64,000 bases of DNA, from positions 1 to 64,000 of the IMG/VR virus record IMGVR_UViG_3300024255_000006; one strand, 5' to 3'. The translations under genes and the position numbers were made by a program. This DNA comes from a virus. Positions 14,781-24,733 of the stretch are shown here, piece after piece. Within the stretch, counting starts at the first letter, position 1; every line of letters begins with the position of its first letter. The notes under the pieces were generated by a model. The model was not told the origin of the DNA, ran no database searches, and saw nothing but the letters and a program-made list of their open reading frames with translations.

Positions 14781-17668
14781 TGCCTTCAGGAACTCAGGGT
14801 TATGAAATTACCTCTGGTAGCATAACCGAATCACTAATTGATAGATTTAGAAAACGAAAGGACAAAACCAAAGACGAAAAAAAGTCTGGTTCTGGGAAGG
14901 GTGGAGCCTTAGCGCCAACTGGTATGCCAACTGGTGGCGGAGGAGGGGGAGCGGTTCCTGCTAGCGTATCTGTTGTTACTCCAAATCAGAAGTTATTAGT
15001 TTCTGGACAAGCAAATGTATTAGGTGCTGGAAGTAGTGCGATTGTTCCTACAGATAATGGAGCAATCACAAAGAGTGATAATAAGTTAGTTGAAGTAAAC
15101 GTAAGGATATTAGAAGAACAAAAAAAGCAAACTAAGTTAATTGCTGCTCAAACTAGTTTACTAGCATCATCCCAAAAAGGTGGAGCACTTGCTAAATTTG
15201 CAAGTCAAGAATCTCAGTTAGAAGAAATTGAAGATCTCTCAGGAACTCAAGATTATTCTAGAGCGAAAAGACCTAAGTGGTTAGACTTTTTGATGGGTCT
15301 AATCAAGGGTGTATTAGCTGCTGTTAAAGCATTAGCGCCAGTTATTATGAAAGCGGCAGCATTAGTTGCTGCAGCAGTTGCTGCTGGAAAACTGGCGGGT
15401 GCTCTTGCTAATGCTCTTAGAACCATCCCAGTAAGAGTTACTGAGATACCTAGAGCAGCATTGCCGCCCGCGGCTGCTAGAGCAGCATTGCCGCCTGCAG
15501 CAGCTGTTAGACCATCTGCACTTCCTAGAGCAGCAGCAGTATCTCCTAATGCGAAATTATTACCATCAACAACAAGTGGAACTTCATTAAGTACACAAGC
15601 AGCATCGGGACAGAGAGCACTTCCTCCTGGTCAAGGTACAGCATTTAATCCTGAAATAAAACCACAGACTAGGGTTCTAGAACCAGTTGAGGTTGGAAGA
15701 GGAAACTTCAAAGGAAATGATAGAACATTTGAAGCACTTAGACAGCAGGCTCAGAGAGGAGTACCTGAAGAAGCAGAAAATGCTAGAAGAATCCTACAGA
15801 ACAAGGGTGCTAATGTAAATGTAAAACCAGTAACTCCTGCTATTCCAAAAGGTGCTGGTGCTGCTGACGATATAGTTGGTGCAGCGGGTGATATTGCTAA
15901 AACTGGTAAAAAATCTGGACTGAGATTTTTGATTCCTGGCGCAAGTGCTATTACAGCAGGACTGTCTATAATCTCTGGAGATTACGCTGGTGCTATTGTT
16001 GATTCTGCCGATGCTGCAGGTGATCTAGCAATCGCAACGGGTGCTACAGGCACTGCTGCTACAATCGGAACTGCTCTGAGCGCAGGTGCTGCAGTCATTG
16101 GTACTGGTATTACAGCATCTTACGTTGGTGAGTGGACTCGTGGTGTTGGTGATTGGGTTCGTGGAGATGGTAATAATGCTGCATTGAACGTTGTAAGTAG
16201 TATTACTGAAGGACTTTCTGCAGCACTTGAGACAATTGGTGCTCCATTCCGTGCAATCTTTGAGTTTATCAACTCTGGATTTAACATGGAGAAATCCAAT
16301 GATGTGATGGCGGAAGTTGATTCAAACATCCGTGAGTCCACCAGACAAGGACTCAATGCTATTGACTTCTTAAATATTATTCCAGATGATGCAGGATCGT
16401 TTGGTACACTAGGATTATATGGCGACTCTGCTAAGAGAGCAGACGCTAAGATGCGTGGTGAAGGTGATGTTAAGAACGCTAGTGGTGGTTCATACTTCTT
16501 AGACAATCCTTCTAGCTTTGGACCATTCCAAGGTGGAGAAGCAGGTAGTGAAGTTGTTACTTTTACTCCGTTTGGAGGAAGGAAACTTGTTAATGAGATG
16601 GGATCTCATATGACGACTGCATTAGAGCAACCATTTAAGTTCGCAATCGGTGGTATTGCTGTCGCTATTAATGAAGTCATCAAAATTCTTGGTCCCATTG
16701 GAAATCTCATGGGTCCTGCAATCAGACCAGTTCTTGATAAATTAATTAAAATTAGTGGAATAAGTAATCTTCAATTGACTGGAGTCAGTGGTGGAGCATT
16801 GAGTCAACTTGGTGGAATGATGAACAGTCCTGGTGGAGCGATGAATAATATGTTCCAAGGAATTAGTGGAAACTTCCAAAGAATGATGAGAATGATGGGA
16901 TTAAACACTATGCCTGGTGTAACTCCTGGTGCTCAACCTTTCACTGGTCAAACTACTGAGAGTGATTTCTCTGCAGTTCTACCACAAGGAGCTCCTCAAT
17001 TTACTAGTGGTTTTGGTAAAAGAGATCTTGGATATGGATCTAAAGATCATGGGGGAGTTGATATTGGTGTTGATAGAGGATCGCCAGTTACCGCAATGGA
17101 AAAAGGAACTGTTAGTTCGATTATTCCAGACTTTATGCATGGATCTGCTGTTGTTGTAACAAGTCCAGGTGGCGCTGCTACTTTGTATGGTCACGTTGAT
17201 CCAACAGTTGCTCAAGGAGATGAAGTAAATAAAGGTGATAAGATCGCTACAGTTAAATATTGGCCAGGCACTGGTAATATGGCTGCTGATAATACACACT
17301 TACATCTAGAAAGACATCCTGGTGGGTATAATGGAAGATCCTCTGCTGTAGATCCTCTGCAGTTTACAAAAAATGCATCTAAGGCAAAAAATACAGAACT
17401 TTCCGCTGCAGCAGCAACTCCACAAACTTCGGCACCACCGTCAACAGCATCCCTTATGCTCCCAACTATCAAAGCAGCAGCAAAAGATAATCCTCAAATG
17501 GCGGCATTGGCTAAGATCGTGGAATCCAATATGGCTGCTCAGCAAAGATCAGCACAACCTCAACAACAGCAATCTGCTGGTCTTGGTGCAAATCCATTCG
17601 TAATGCCTTTGGCTGATCCTAATGCTGCGAACCTAGCACCACTTACACTGTTTAAGTTATCGCAATGA
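14780..17668 (+). CDS. Tape-measure / hub-like virion protein with M23 peptidase domain
   Basis: Long Ala/Gly-rich helical region; HGGVDIG (HxxxD), YGHV and HLH motifs; follows gp26/51. Confidence 0.7.
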   Translation: MPSGTQGYEITSGSITESLIDRFRKRKDKTKDEKKSGSGKGGALAPTGMPTGGGGGGAVPASVSVVTPNQKLLVSGQANVLGAGSSAIVPTDNGAITKSDNKLVEVNVRILEEQKKQTKLIAAQTSLLASSQKGGALAKFASQESQLEEIEDLSGTQDYSRAKRPKWLDFLMGLIKGVLAAVKALAPVIMKAAALVAAAVAAGKLAGALANALRTIPVRVTEIPRAALPPAAARAALPPAAAVRPSALPRAAAVSPNAKLLPSTTSGTSLSTQAASGQRALPPGQGTAFNPEIKPQTRVLEPVEVGRGNFKGNDRTFEALRQQAQRGVPEEAENARRILQNKGANVNVKPVTPAIPKGAGAADDIVGAAGDIAKTGKKSGLRFLIPGASAITAGLSIISGDYAGAIVDSADAAGDLAIATGATGTAATIGTALSAGAAVIGTGITASYVGEWTRGVGDWVRGDGNNAALNVVSSITEGLSAALETIGAPFRAIFEFINSGFNMEKSNDVMAEVDSNIRESTRQGLNAIDFLNIIPDDAGSFGTLGLYGDSAKRADAKMRGEGDVKNASGGSYFLDNPSSFGPFQGGEAGSEVVTFTPFGGRKLVNEMGSHMTTALEQPFKFAIGGIAVAINEVIKILGPIGNLMGPAIRPVLDKLIKISGISNLQLTGVSGGALSQLGGMMNSPGGAMNNMFQGISGNFQRMMRMMGLNTMPGVTPGAQPFTGQTTESDFSAVLPQGAPQFTSGFGKRDLGYGSKDHGGVDIGVDRGSPVTAMEKGTVSSIIPDFMHGSAVVVTSPGGAATLYGHVDPTVAQGDEVNKGDKIATVKYWPGTGNMAADNTHLHLERHPGGYNGRSSAVDPLQFTKNASKAKNTELSAAAATPQTSAPPSTASLMLPTIKAAAKDNPQMAALAKIVESNMAAQQRSAQPQQQQSAGLGANPFVMPLADPNAANLAPLTLFKLSQ

Positions 17669-18996
17669 AGAATACTAACAACGCTGCCTCTTTCGTATTT
17701 GAAAGTATCACACTTACCACAAATACTGGTAAGGCGTATGGTATTGCTCCTTTGGTCATGGGATACAGTTACTATGAAGATATTTCAAAACCATTCATTA
17801 CTGCGAATTTAAACGTTATTGACTCTGGTATTAATATTATTGGATCTGAAGAAGATGGTGGTATCACTGGTGGTGAAAGTGTAGAGATTAAAGTAAAAGG
17901 ACCAGACGAAGAGACATATACTTACAACTTTATTGTTTATCGTGTTGGTGATCGATTTGTTTCAAACAAAATTCAGAGATATAATATTGGTTTGATTAGT
18001 GCTGAGGCACTTATTAATGAAGGGCGTAAGGTCAGTAACACACAAGAGGGATATCCTCATGAAATTGTTGAGAGTATAGTAACCGAGTTTATTGGTACGG
18101 AAAAGGAAGTTGTATCTGACCCATCACAGAATAGACTGAAAATTATTCCAAGTGGTAAGAGTCCATTCTCTGTAATTGCATCCATTCAGGATAAAACACT
18201 ACTAAGCAAGTCATCTACAGCAGAGCAATCTAGTCAGTCTGGAGAATTTCTATCTGGAAGTGCGGGATATTTCTTCTTTGAAAATCATAATGGATACAAC
18301 TTCAGATCTATTGATTCTTTATGTGATTTAAACGGTAAATTTGGTAATACACAAACTGAAGTAAAAACGTTTGTTAATGGGGTTTCAGAAGATTCATATA
18401 ACGATACTCTCTTATCAGTGCAGTTTCTTGGTGAGATCAATCTCATGGAAGGATTGAGACTGGGAGCATATGCATCTAAGGCAGCTTTCTATAACATGTC
18501 TACAGGAGAGTATGAGCAGAAAATTTTCTCTGCAAAAAAATCATTTGAAAACCAAGCACACCTAGGATCACAAGATAAACTAAATCCTGAACAAGAAAGA
18601 CTATCTAATTTTCCAACTCGACAGATCTCTGCTATAATTGATCATGAGACTTTTTATAGTGGTCAAGACTCTGCTTCTCCAAATGGAGATGGAGACAATC
18701 AATTACTAGACTGGAGTCGTGATGTTATATGTCAGTCTATCTCTAGAAATTATCTCCTAAATACTCAAGGATTGCGTATCGAGGTCCCAGGAAACCTTGA
18801 TTTAGTAGTGGGCGATAAGGTGCGCGTCCTGCTTCCTAATTCTAGTAATCAAGAGGACAGAAAAAATAATAGTGTTGATAGACTAAACAGTGGATATTAT
18901 TTAATTACTCAGATATCCAGAGCGTTTGCAGTTTCTAACATGCAGGTTAGAACATCATTAAGACTCCAGAGAGACTCTCTTGGAATGGTAGAATAG
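17665..18996 (+). CDS. Baseplate hub-like protein (gp27 / late-control-D-like)
   Basis: YYEDI, YFFFEN..GYNFRSIDSL, VPGNLDL.VGD, SGYYLI motifs; precedes gp5. Confidence 0.55.
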   Translation: MKNTNNAASFVFESITLTTNTGKAYGIAPLVMGYSYYEDISKPFITANLNVIDSGINIIGSEEDGGITGGESVEIKVKGPDEETYTYNFIVYRVGDRFVSNKIQRYNIGLISAEALINEGRKVSNTQEGYPHEIVESIVTEFIGTEKEVVSDPSQNRLKIIPSGKSPFSVIASIQDKTLLSKSSTAEQSSQSGEFLSGSAGYFFFENHNGYNFRSIDSLCDLNGKFGNTQTEVKTFVNGVSEDSYNDTLLSVQFLGEINLMEGLRLGAYASKAAFYNMSTGEYEQKIFSAKKSFENQAHLGSQDKLNPEQERLSNFPTRQISAIIDHETFYSGQDSASPNGDGDNQLLDWSRDVICQSISRNYLLNTQGLRIEVPGNLDLVVGDKVRVLLPNSSNQEDRKNNSVDRLNSGYYLITQISRAFAVSNMQVRTSLRLQRDSLGMVE

Positions 18997-19022
18997 GAAA
19001 TCACGTCACATACAAACAAACT

Positions 19023-19250
19023 ATGGAAAACATCGAAACCCATATTGAAAAGGATAAGGAGATTCTTGAGAATCCCATGACCTCTCCCCAACAGCGTCGT
19101 CACGTTGAAGGAGAACTGCATGATCTAGAAGAATACGTTGAGCATCACAAAGAAGAAATCGACGCAGGTGATCACCACGATCCCTCTCCATTAGAACTCT
19201 ATTGTGATCAAGAACCAGGCGCACCCGAGTGCAAAATCCATGATAACTGA
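19023..19250 (+). CDS. cp12: CP12 Calvin-cycle inhibitor, cyanophage type
   Basis: C-terminal HDPSPLELYCDQEPGAPECKIHD with the CP12 Cys pair. Confidence 0.85.
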   Translation: MENIETHIEKDKEILENPMTSPQQRRHVEGELHDLEEYVEHHKEEIDAGDHHDPSPLELYCDQEPGAPECKIHDN

Positions 19251-19255
19251 TTAGT

Positions 19256-22114
19256 ATGGATCCATCTATCCGATCTCTATTACCAACCAACCAATTAGGA
19301 TCTGACGGTGCTGAATGGTGGATTGGTCAAGTTGAAGAAATTGATCAACCAAAGAAATCTAACCGTTTCAGAGTTAGAATCGTTGGGGTACATGATGCTG
19401 ACTGCAAAAATGTAAAGACTGAGGACTTGCCTTGGGCACACACTGCTTTACCAGTTACTGTACCTTACAAAACTGGTGGATCTTCTGGTGCTTCTGCAAA
19501 CCTTGAAGAGGGAGATTGGGTATTTGGTTTTTGGTTAAATGTTGAGAAAACAAAACCACTTATTCTTGGATCTATTGGACATACTGCTAACTCAGCGGAT
19601 TCACCTCCTGAGGATGTTATATCTACTACTTCTGAAGATAAGTGCTTAAGTTTTAAGGTTGCTGTAAATCCAAAGACAAACCCTACTGCTGATAGTAGCG
19701 CAAATGCATCTACAAATAAGAACCTAGCATCTGGTCAACTTGCTGGTAACTCTCAAACAACTATGTCTTCAGCAGATGGAGCTCATTCTTCTGAGAATAG
19801 TGCAGCAAATCCATTTGGTACACAAGTTTGCGTATCCACTGCTCAAGCAGAATGTAATCCTGATACGAAAAAAGAACTTACCTATGTTCTTAGTGAGTTG
19901 TTTAAAATGGTTCAGGATAGTGGTGGAAACATCGGAGATTATCTTGTCGGTAAAGTAAATGGTGAAATCTTCAGCTATACTTCAAAAGCACAGGGGTACA
20001 TCAATAAAGTTCTGAGGATTGTTAAATCTTCTCTTGCTCGCGTTAGAGGCGAGATTATCGCTAAGTTGAAAGAAGGTATTGAATACCTAGTAAAACTAAT
20101 TTTAACCCCCTTTGAGGGCATTCTAGAGGGCGTTCAGGAGTATCTGGAAACAGTATTAGAGAAAATAGGTTGTAGCATTGAAGATATCTACGAGAGATTG
20201 GTTGACTTTATCACTGCTCTCATCTTCGACTATCTGCTTAAAGTATTCAGAGCAGCAACATGTCAAGTTGATATCTTCGTTAACGCAATTATTAATAAGA
20301 TTACTGGATTTGTAAGTCAACTTCTAGATGTTGTTTTAGGTCCATTGCAGGCAATTTTAGGCATTGCTGGTGGTGCTCTAAACCTTGTCGGTGGAGCGAT
20401 GTTTAAGATTATGTCTATCTTAGGTATTTCTTGTGGTGGTATTGACTCCGCTTGTGGTGGTGAAGATAGTCGCTGCAATAAGAAAAAGAAAGATGAAGTC
20501 GATGATTTCTTGGATGGTTTACTTGCTGGACTTGAAAACGGTCCACTAGATTATGGACAGAGTGTATGTGATGATGCAAGATCTTATGCTCCACCAGAAT
20601 TAGCAGGTGGTATTATTTTTGGTGGTCTTCCTGATGTTCCTACTGGTGGTGGCAATAGTCCTATCTATCCTGGTCCTGGAGATCAAAATCCCCCAGGCGG
20701 ATCTACCTTACCCCCAGGAGAAACTACTCTAACAGGTCCTCCTGTAGAAGCAATTACTTATGAAATTAAAGATACCAATGTCTTTGAGGGTAATATAGCG
20801 CAGGTAAAAGTAATAAGATCTGGAAATGTTCAGGCATCTAGTTCTGTTACTTTCCAAACTTATGAACTAAGTGCAACCAAAGATGTTGACTATCAAGATG
20901 TTAGTGGTATTTTAGGATTTGGACCTAATCAAACTGAAAGAGTAATTTCTATCCAGACATATCAAGATAGTGAAAATGATACTCCTGAAGAGTTTGAAGT
21001 AGCAATCACATATTCTACAGGGACACAAGATGTATCTTTCATTCAATCTACTGCTGTCGTTACTATTGGATTAAAACCTTCTGTTGACCCGAATAATAAA
21101 ACTCCAACAACACCACCAAACATTATCGTTGGTCCTACACCCCCACCACCACCAGGAGGAGATGGAGGAACTGGTGAACCAGAATCTAATGATCCAGATC
21201 CAGATGCATTAATTCCTGAGATTCTTATAGCTGAAGAAGTAACTGTAATTGTTAAGAGTGATAAGACTCAAGTCAAAGAAGGAGAGTTTATCACGTACAC
21301 TATTACAACAAATGGTATTCCAAACGATACTGTGTTGAGCTATAGTTTGTTTGGTGTGAACATTAATCAGGATGATATTATTGGTGGAAACCTATATGGA
21401 ACCTTCACAATTGTGAATAACCAATCAACAGTTGTTGTTGGTGTTAGAAAGGATGCTGAGATTGAAGGAACTGAAACACTTGTATTTACTGTAAATGGAA
21501 CTGGTGCTAAAACTTCAGTCGATATTAGCGGACAATCTGAGTCACCAGTAAAACCACTAGTACCATCATCACCTGAAGATCATAAACCACCTACCATTGG
21601 TGATATTATTGTTGATATTGATGGTAAGATTCTTGATATTACGATTGATGATCCTGGAGATCCATACTTGCTACCACCACATATAGCAATCACTGGTCAA
21701 GGATGGGGAGCACTTGCAGTTCCTCTTCTTGATTCCAATGGATATGTTACGGAGATTCGCGTTACTCAGAGAGGAAGAAACTTTGTACCAAATAGACCAG
21801 ATGATATCAATTGTGTGCTAGACTCACTAACACTAACTAGACCTGGAACTAACTATACTTCAGTACCAACTGTTTATATCAATGGAGATTCATCTTTAGT
21901 TGTCGCTAGAGTTAATGCTAGTGGATTTGTGATTGGTTTTGATGTCTTAAATAGAACAAAAATCTTTGATACTGCTCCTACGGTAGAAATTGTTGGTGGT
22001 GGTGGACTAGGTGCTAAGGCACTTGCTAGCCTATCATGTCTAGATAGTGATACTCGCGATCTACTTGGATATGCGAAGATTGGAACTGGTCGTTACGTTG
22101 ATTGCCCATCATGA
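19256..22114 (+). CDS. gp5: gp5 N-terminal (OB-fold) protein with Calx-beta-like and Pro-rich inserts
   Basis: WWIGQVE, RFRVRIVGVH, DLPWA, GDWVFGFWL, PLILGSI; no lysozyme motif seen. Confidence 0.8.
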   Translation: MDPSIRSLLPTNQLGSDGAEWWIGQVEEIDQPKKSNRFRVRIVGVHDADCKNVKTEDLPWAHTALPVTVPYKTGGSSGASANLEEGDWVFGFWLNVEKTKPLILGSIGHTANSADSPPEDVISTTSEDKCLSFKVAVNPKTNPTADSSANASTNKNLASGQLAGNSQTTMSSADGAHSSENSAANPFGTQVCVSTAQAECNPDTKKELTYVLSELFKMVQDSGGNIGDYLVGKVNGEIFSYTSKAQGYINKVLRIVKSSLARVRGEIIAKLKEGIEYLVKLILTPFEGILEGVQEYLETVLEKIGCSIEDIYERLVDFITALIFDYLLKVFRAATCQVDIFVNAIINKITGFVSQLLDVVLGPLQAILGIAGGALNLVGGAMFKIMSILGISCGGIDSACGGEDSRCNKKKKDEVDDFLDGLLAGLENGPLDYGQSVCDDARSYAPPELAGGIIFGGLPDVPTGGGNSPIYPGPGDQNPPGGSTLPPGETTLTGPPVEAITYEIKDTNVFEGNIAQVKVIRSGNVQASSSVTFQTYELSATKDVDYQDVSGILGFGPNQTERVISIQTYQDSENDTPEEFEVAITYSTGTQDVSFIQSTAVVTIGLKPSVDPNNKTPTTPPNIIVGPTPPPPPGGDGGTGEPESNDPDPDALIPEILIAEEVTVIVKSDKTQVKEGEFITYTITTNGIPNDTVLSYSLFGVNINQDDIIGGNLYGTFTIVNNQSTVVVGVRKDAEIEGTETLVFTVNGTGAKTSVDISGQSESPVKPLVPSSPEDHKPPTIGDIIVDIDGKILDITIDDPGDPYLLPPHIAITGQGWGALAVPLLDSNGYVTEIRVTQRGRNFVPNRPDDINCVLDSLTLTRPGTNYTSVPTVYINGDSSLVVARVNASGFVIGFDVLNRTKIFDTAPTVEIVGGGGLGAKALASLSCLDSDTRDLLGYAKIGTGRYVDCPS

Positions 22115-23313
22115 GCCTTACAAAAGAAGCACTAAAAAATTATCTAACAAGTTTATCCAACTTTATTTCTGATCTTCCTGATGGTGGTGATATAAACGAA
22201 GCAGTTGTAACACCACCACACTCAGCAGATCAGAGATCGACATCTGTTGATAAGATCAATGGTGTAAAGATTACAAAAGCACAGAATGAAGAAGGGAGAG
22301 TTACCCTAATCATATGTACTGATAATGGACAGTCCATTCACATGGATGATACTGGAAACATTTTCTTTGGATGTGGAAAGATTGGTGAAGATGAGACTGG
22401 TGGTCAAATTACTATGAGACCACAAGGTGATATGACTGTGAAGGTTGGCGGTAGATTCGCCATGGAAGTTGAAAACATGCTCGACGAAGAGAAACCACTC
22501 TCCGTTGTGTCTTATGGTGATATTAACGTAGAATCTAAGGGTGGAGATGTATTTCTCAAAGGAGATAATGTAACTATTCGTGCTCTAAAAGATCTAAACT
22601 TATCAGGAAGCACTGTCAACATTCAAGGTGGAGATGGTGCTGGTGGAGCAGTCTCTCTCGTAGCAAATACTTTCAAGACAGATACAGTCTTCATTAATCA
22701 GACAGTTACTGGTGGTATCACACAGAATGTTCTTGGTGAAGCAACAATACGACAGATTCTAGATCCTAGAGCATGTCATACTATCTCAAGTGCTGGACAT
22801 TTGAAACTTACTGCAGCTGGTGATTTTTCCATTGATGTCGGTGGAAAAATGGAGGTAAATGTTGCTGGTACACCACCAAAACCAATTCCGACAGTTAAAA
22901 ATCCCAGTACATTCTCTCTTAGTGTTGCTCAGGGAAATGTTACGCATACTATCGTTGCTGGAAATCTAACCGAGAAGTACACTGGTAATGTTACTACTGC
23001 AATTGAGGGAAATGTTACTGAACAAATTACTGGTAACTTGACTGAGAGTGCTACTGGAAACTATTCAAACACAGTTGAAGGTAACTTTCTTGAAGCTATT
23101 ACTGGTAATGTTACAGAGACTATTACTGGAAATAATACTGTAGCAATTACTGGAAACTATACTGGTACAGTGACTGGTAACACTACAGAAACGTTTACTG
23201 GTTCTTATGCAGGAACTTACTCTGGTAATATGACTGAGACAGTCGCTGGTCTGATGACCACCACAGTCGCAGGTCTCGTCAATATTACTGGTGCTCAGAT
23301 CAATCTCAACTGA
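22111..23313 (+). CDS. gp5 C-terminal beta-helix spike protein
   Basis: About 13 octapeptide repeats of type TExITGNx, ends INLN; ATGA coupling at 22111. Confidence 0.75.
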   Translation: MSLTKEALKNYLTSLSNFISDLPDGGDINEAVVTPPHSADQRSTSVDKINGVKITKAQNEEGRVTLIICTDNGQSIHMDDTGNIFFGCGKIGEDETGGQITMRPQGDMTVKVGGRFAMEVENMLDEEKPLSVVSYGDINVESKGGDVFLKGDNVTIRALKDLNLSGSTVNIQGGDGAGGAVSLVANTFKTDTVFINQTVTGGITQNVLGEATIRQILDPRACHTISSAGHLKLTAAGDFSIDVGGKMEVNVAGTPPKPIPTVKNPSTFSLSVAQGNVTHTIVAGNLTEKYTGNVTTAIEGNVTEQITGNLTESATGNYSNTVEGNFLEAITGNVTETITGNNTVAITGNYTGTVTGNTTETFTGSYAGTYSGNMTETVAGLMTTTVAGLVNITGAQINLN

Positions 23314-23322
23314 TTATGAAAT

Positions 23323-23381
23323 GTGACCGATAACAAACTGGCACAAGGGGGCTTGCATTGTCCCCTTTTTGATGATAAATT
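23323..23381 (+). promoter_or_regulatory. Early-type promoter with upstream palindrome
   Basis: TGTGACCG-N8-CTGGCACA, then TTGCAT-17-TAAATT with the -35 flanked by GGGG/CCCC. Confidence 0.65.
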
Positions 23382-23463
23382 GTATTCATGCGGTCGGGAG
23401 TCGAACCGATCCATCATCTGCGGGTATTCATTCCGCAAGTAAACACAAAGGTAATTAAACAAA

Positions 23464-23835
23464 ATGATCAAATCTGTATTCGCAGCAACTGCTGCTCTGT
23501 CTGTCTCTGCTGGTGCTGCTTTCGCAGGACCCTACGTTAACGTCGAAACCAACGCTGGTTGGACTGGATCCGAGTATAATGGTGCTGGAACAGACCTGCA
23601 CGTAGGGTACGAAGGTGCTCTTGGCGAAAATGGTTCTTACTACGTTCAGGGTGGCGCTACCGTGCTGACTCCTGATGGTGGTGACGCCGACACTGTTCCT
23701 TCTGGTAAGGCAGGTCTGGGTCTAGGACTTACCGAGCGCCTTGGTGCTTATGGTGAAGTATCCTTCGTAGGTTCAGGTGACGAAGATCTTGACCGTGGCT
23801 ATGGAGCTAAGTTGGGTGTGAAGTACTCCTTCTGA
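23464..23835 (+). CDS. Small exported beta-barrel / outer-membrane-like protein
   Basis: Signal peptide ending AFA, alternating beta pattern, terminal KYSF. Confidence 0.75.
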   Translation: MIKSVFAATAALSVSAGAAFAGPYVNVETNAGWTGSEYNGAGTDLHVGYEGALGENGSYYVQGGATVLTPDGGDADTVPSGKAGLGLGLTERLGAYGEVSFVGSGDEDLDRGYGAKLGVKYSF

Positions 23836-23900
23836 TATAAATAGGTTATATCGTCGCCGCAGGGAGAGTCTGGTCAGAATCAGACTTCTCCCTTTTTTTT
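23836..23900 (+). ncRNA. Late promoter followed by candidate small RNA and terminator
   Basis: TATAAATA at 23836, ATCGTCGCCGC, long stem AGGGAGA-GTCTG/CAGAC-TCTCCCT and T8. Confidence 0.45.
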
Positions 23901-23938
23901 ATGCGTTAAATAGTGGTGTAGAAAGCATAACATCTGTT

Positions 23939-24217
23939 ATGGAATTTAAGGGATATGAGGTTAAGTCGTCACACTGTTGGGTTGACTCAAGACCAGTCAA
24001 AGTATATTTTATCGAGAACGTCCCTTTTACATTTGATGCACTTGAAAAAGAAGACGAAGAAAACAAATGGATATTAGCAGAATGTTCTCTAAATCCTGAG
24101 TTTACAATGGAACAAATTTTTAAATACTCTGACTACTTAATTGAAGAAGAGGTGCATCCACTGCTATTTGAAATACCTCTCGTGAATCCTGAGTTGATGC
24201 CTGATGAAAGCGTTTGA
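23939..24217 (+). CDS. Conserved hypothetical protein
   Basis: Acidic 92-aa ORF, YSDYLIEEE.HPLLFE. Confidence 0.75.
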   Translation: MEFKGYEVKSSHCWVDSRPVKVYFIENVPFTFDALEKEDEENKWILAECSLNPEFTMEQIFKYSDYLIEEEVHPLLFEIPLVNPELMPDESV

Positions 24218-24731
24218 AGATTGTCTGGAAGGACGTTTTAGTAATAAGTATCAAGCGATGAAGCAACCTACTAGGTATGCACACATCAACATCGCACACA
24301 TTAGACTAGGTGATCACTTGTTTTATGGTGAGCAAGCATATGATTACAATCCTAGGCAACCATATCGTCAGTTCATTCTAAAAATACTCCCCATTGGGGA
24401 TGACTACATAGTACAGAACTACGAAGTTCAGGATCCTGAACAGCACGTTGGTTGTAAGAATATAGATATTCTTCGCGAAAAACCCTTGCAAAGACGACTG
24501 GGTTGTGATATACTTTTTAAGGCGGACAGCGAGATGTACAAAGGTTCTCTCGCAGGCAAAGAATGCACAGTTCAGTGGAGAGGTAAGAAGACTTATCTCA
24601 AGAACCAAATTGAACTTGGTGATGATTATTACTGGGTTCTAGATCAGGGATTCGACTGTGAAACCGATCGACAAGTTTGGGGAAGTGAGTGGGGATTCTT
24701 GAAATTCTACCGAGAACGTGGTATACTTTGA
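24204..24731 (+). CDS. cpeT: CpeT/CpcT-family phycobilin lyase
   Basis: EQAY, PYRQ, GCDI, CTV, DQGFD, QVWGSEWG. Confidence 0.88.
   Translation: MKAFEDCLEGRFSNKYQAMKQPTRYAHINIAHIRLGDHLFYGEQAYDYNPRQPYRQFILKILPIGDDYIVQNYEVQDPEQHVGCKNIDILREKPLQRRLGCDILFKADSEMYKGSLAGKECTVQWRGKKTYLKNQIELGDDYYWVLDQGFDCETDRQVWGSEWGFLKFYRERGIL
24699..24727 (+). promoter_or_regulatory. sigma70-like promoter for the tmRNA/tRNA operon
   Basis: TTGAAA-17 nt-TATACT inside the cpeT 3' end. Confidence 0.7.
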
Positions 24732-24733
24732 AA

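Noticed and set aside
15451-15504. 27-nt tandem duplication (TAGAGCAGCATTGCCGCC...)
   Set aside because: In-frame coding repeat RAALPPAAA in a low-complexity linker; not a CRISPR or regulatory repeat
22970-23290. Periodic ACTGGTAA-type repeats
   Set aside because: Explained by the octapeptide beta-helix of the gp5 C-terminal protein; no unique spacers
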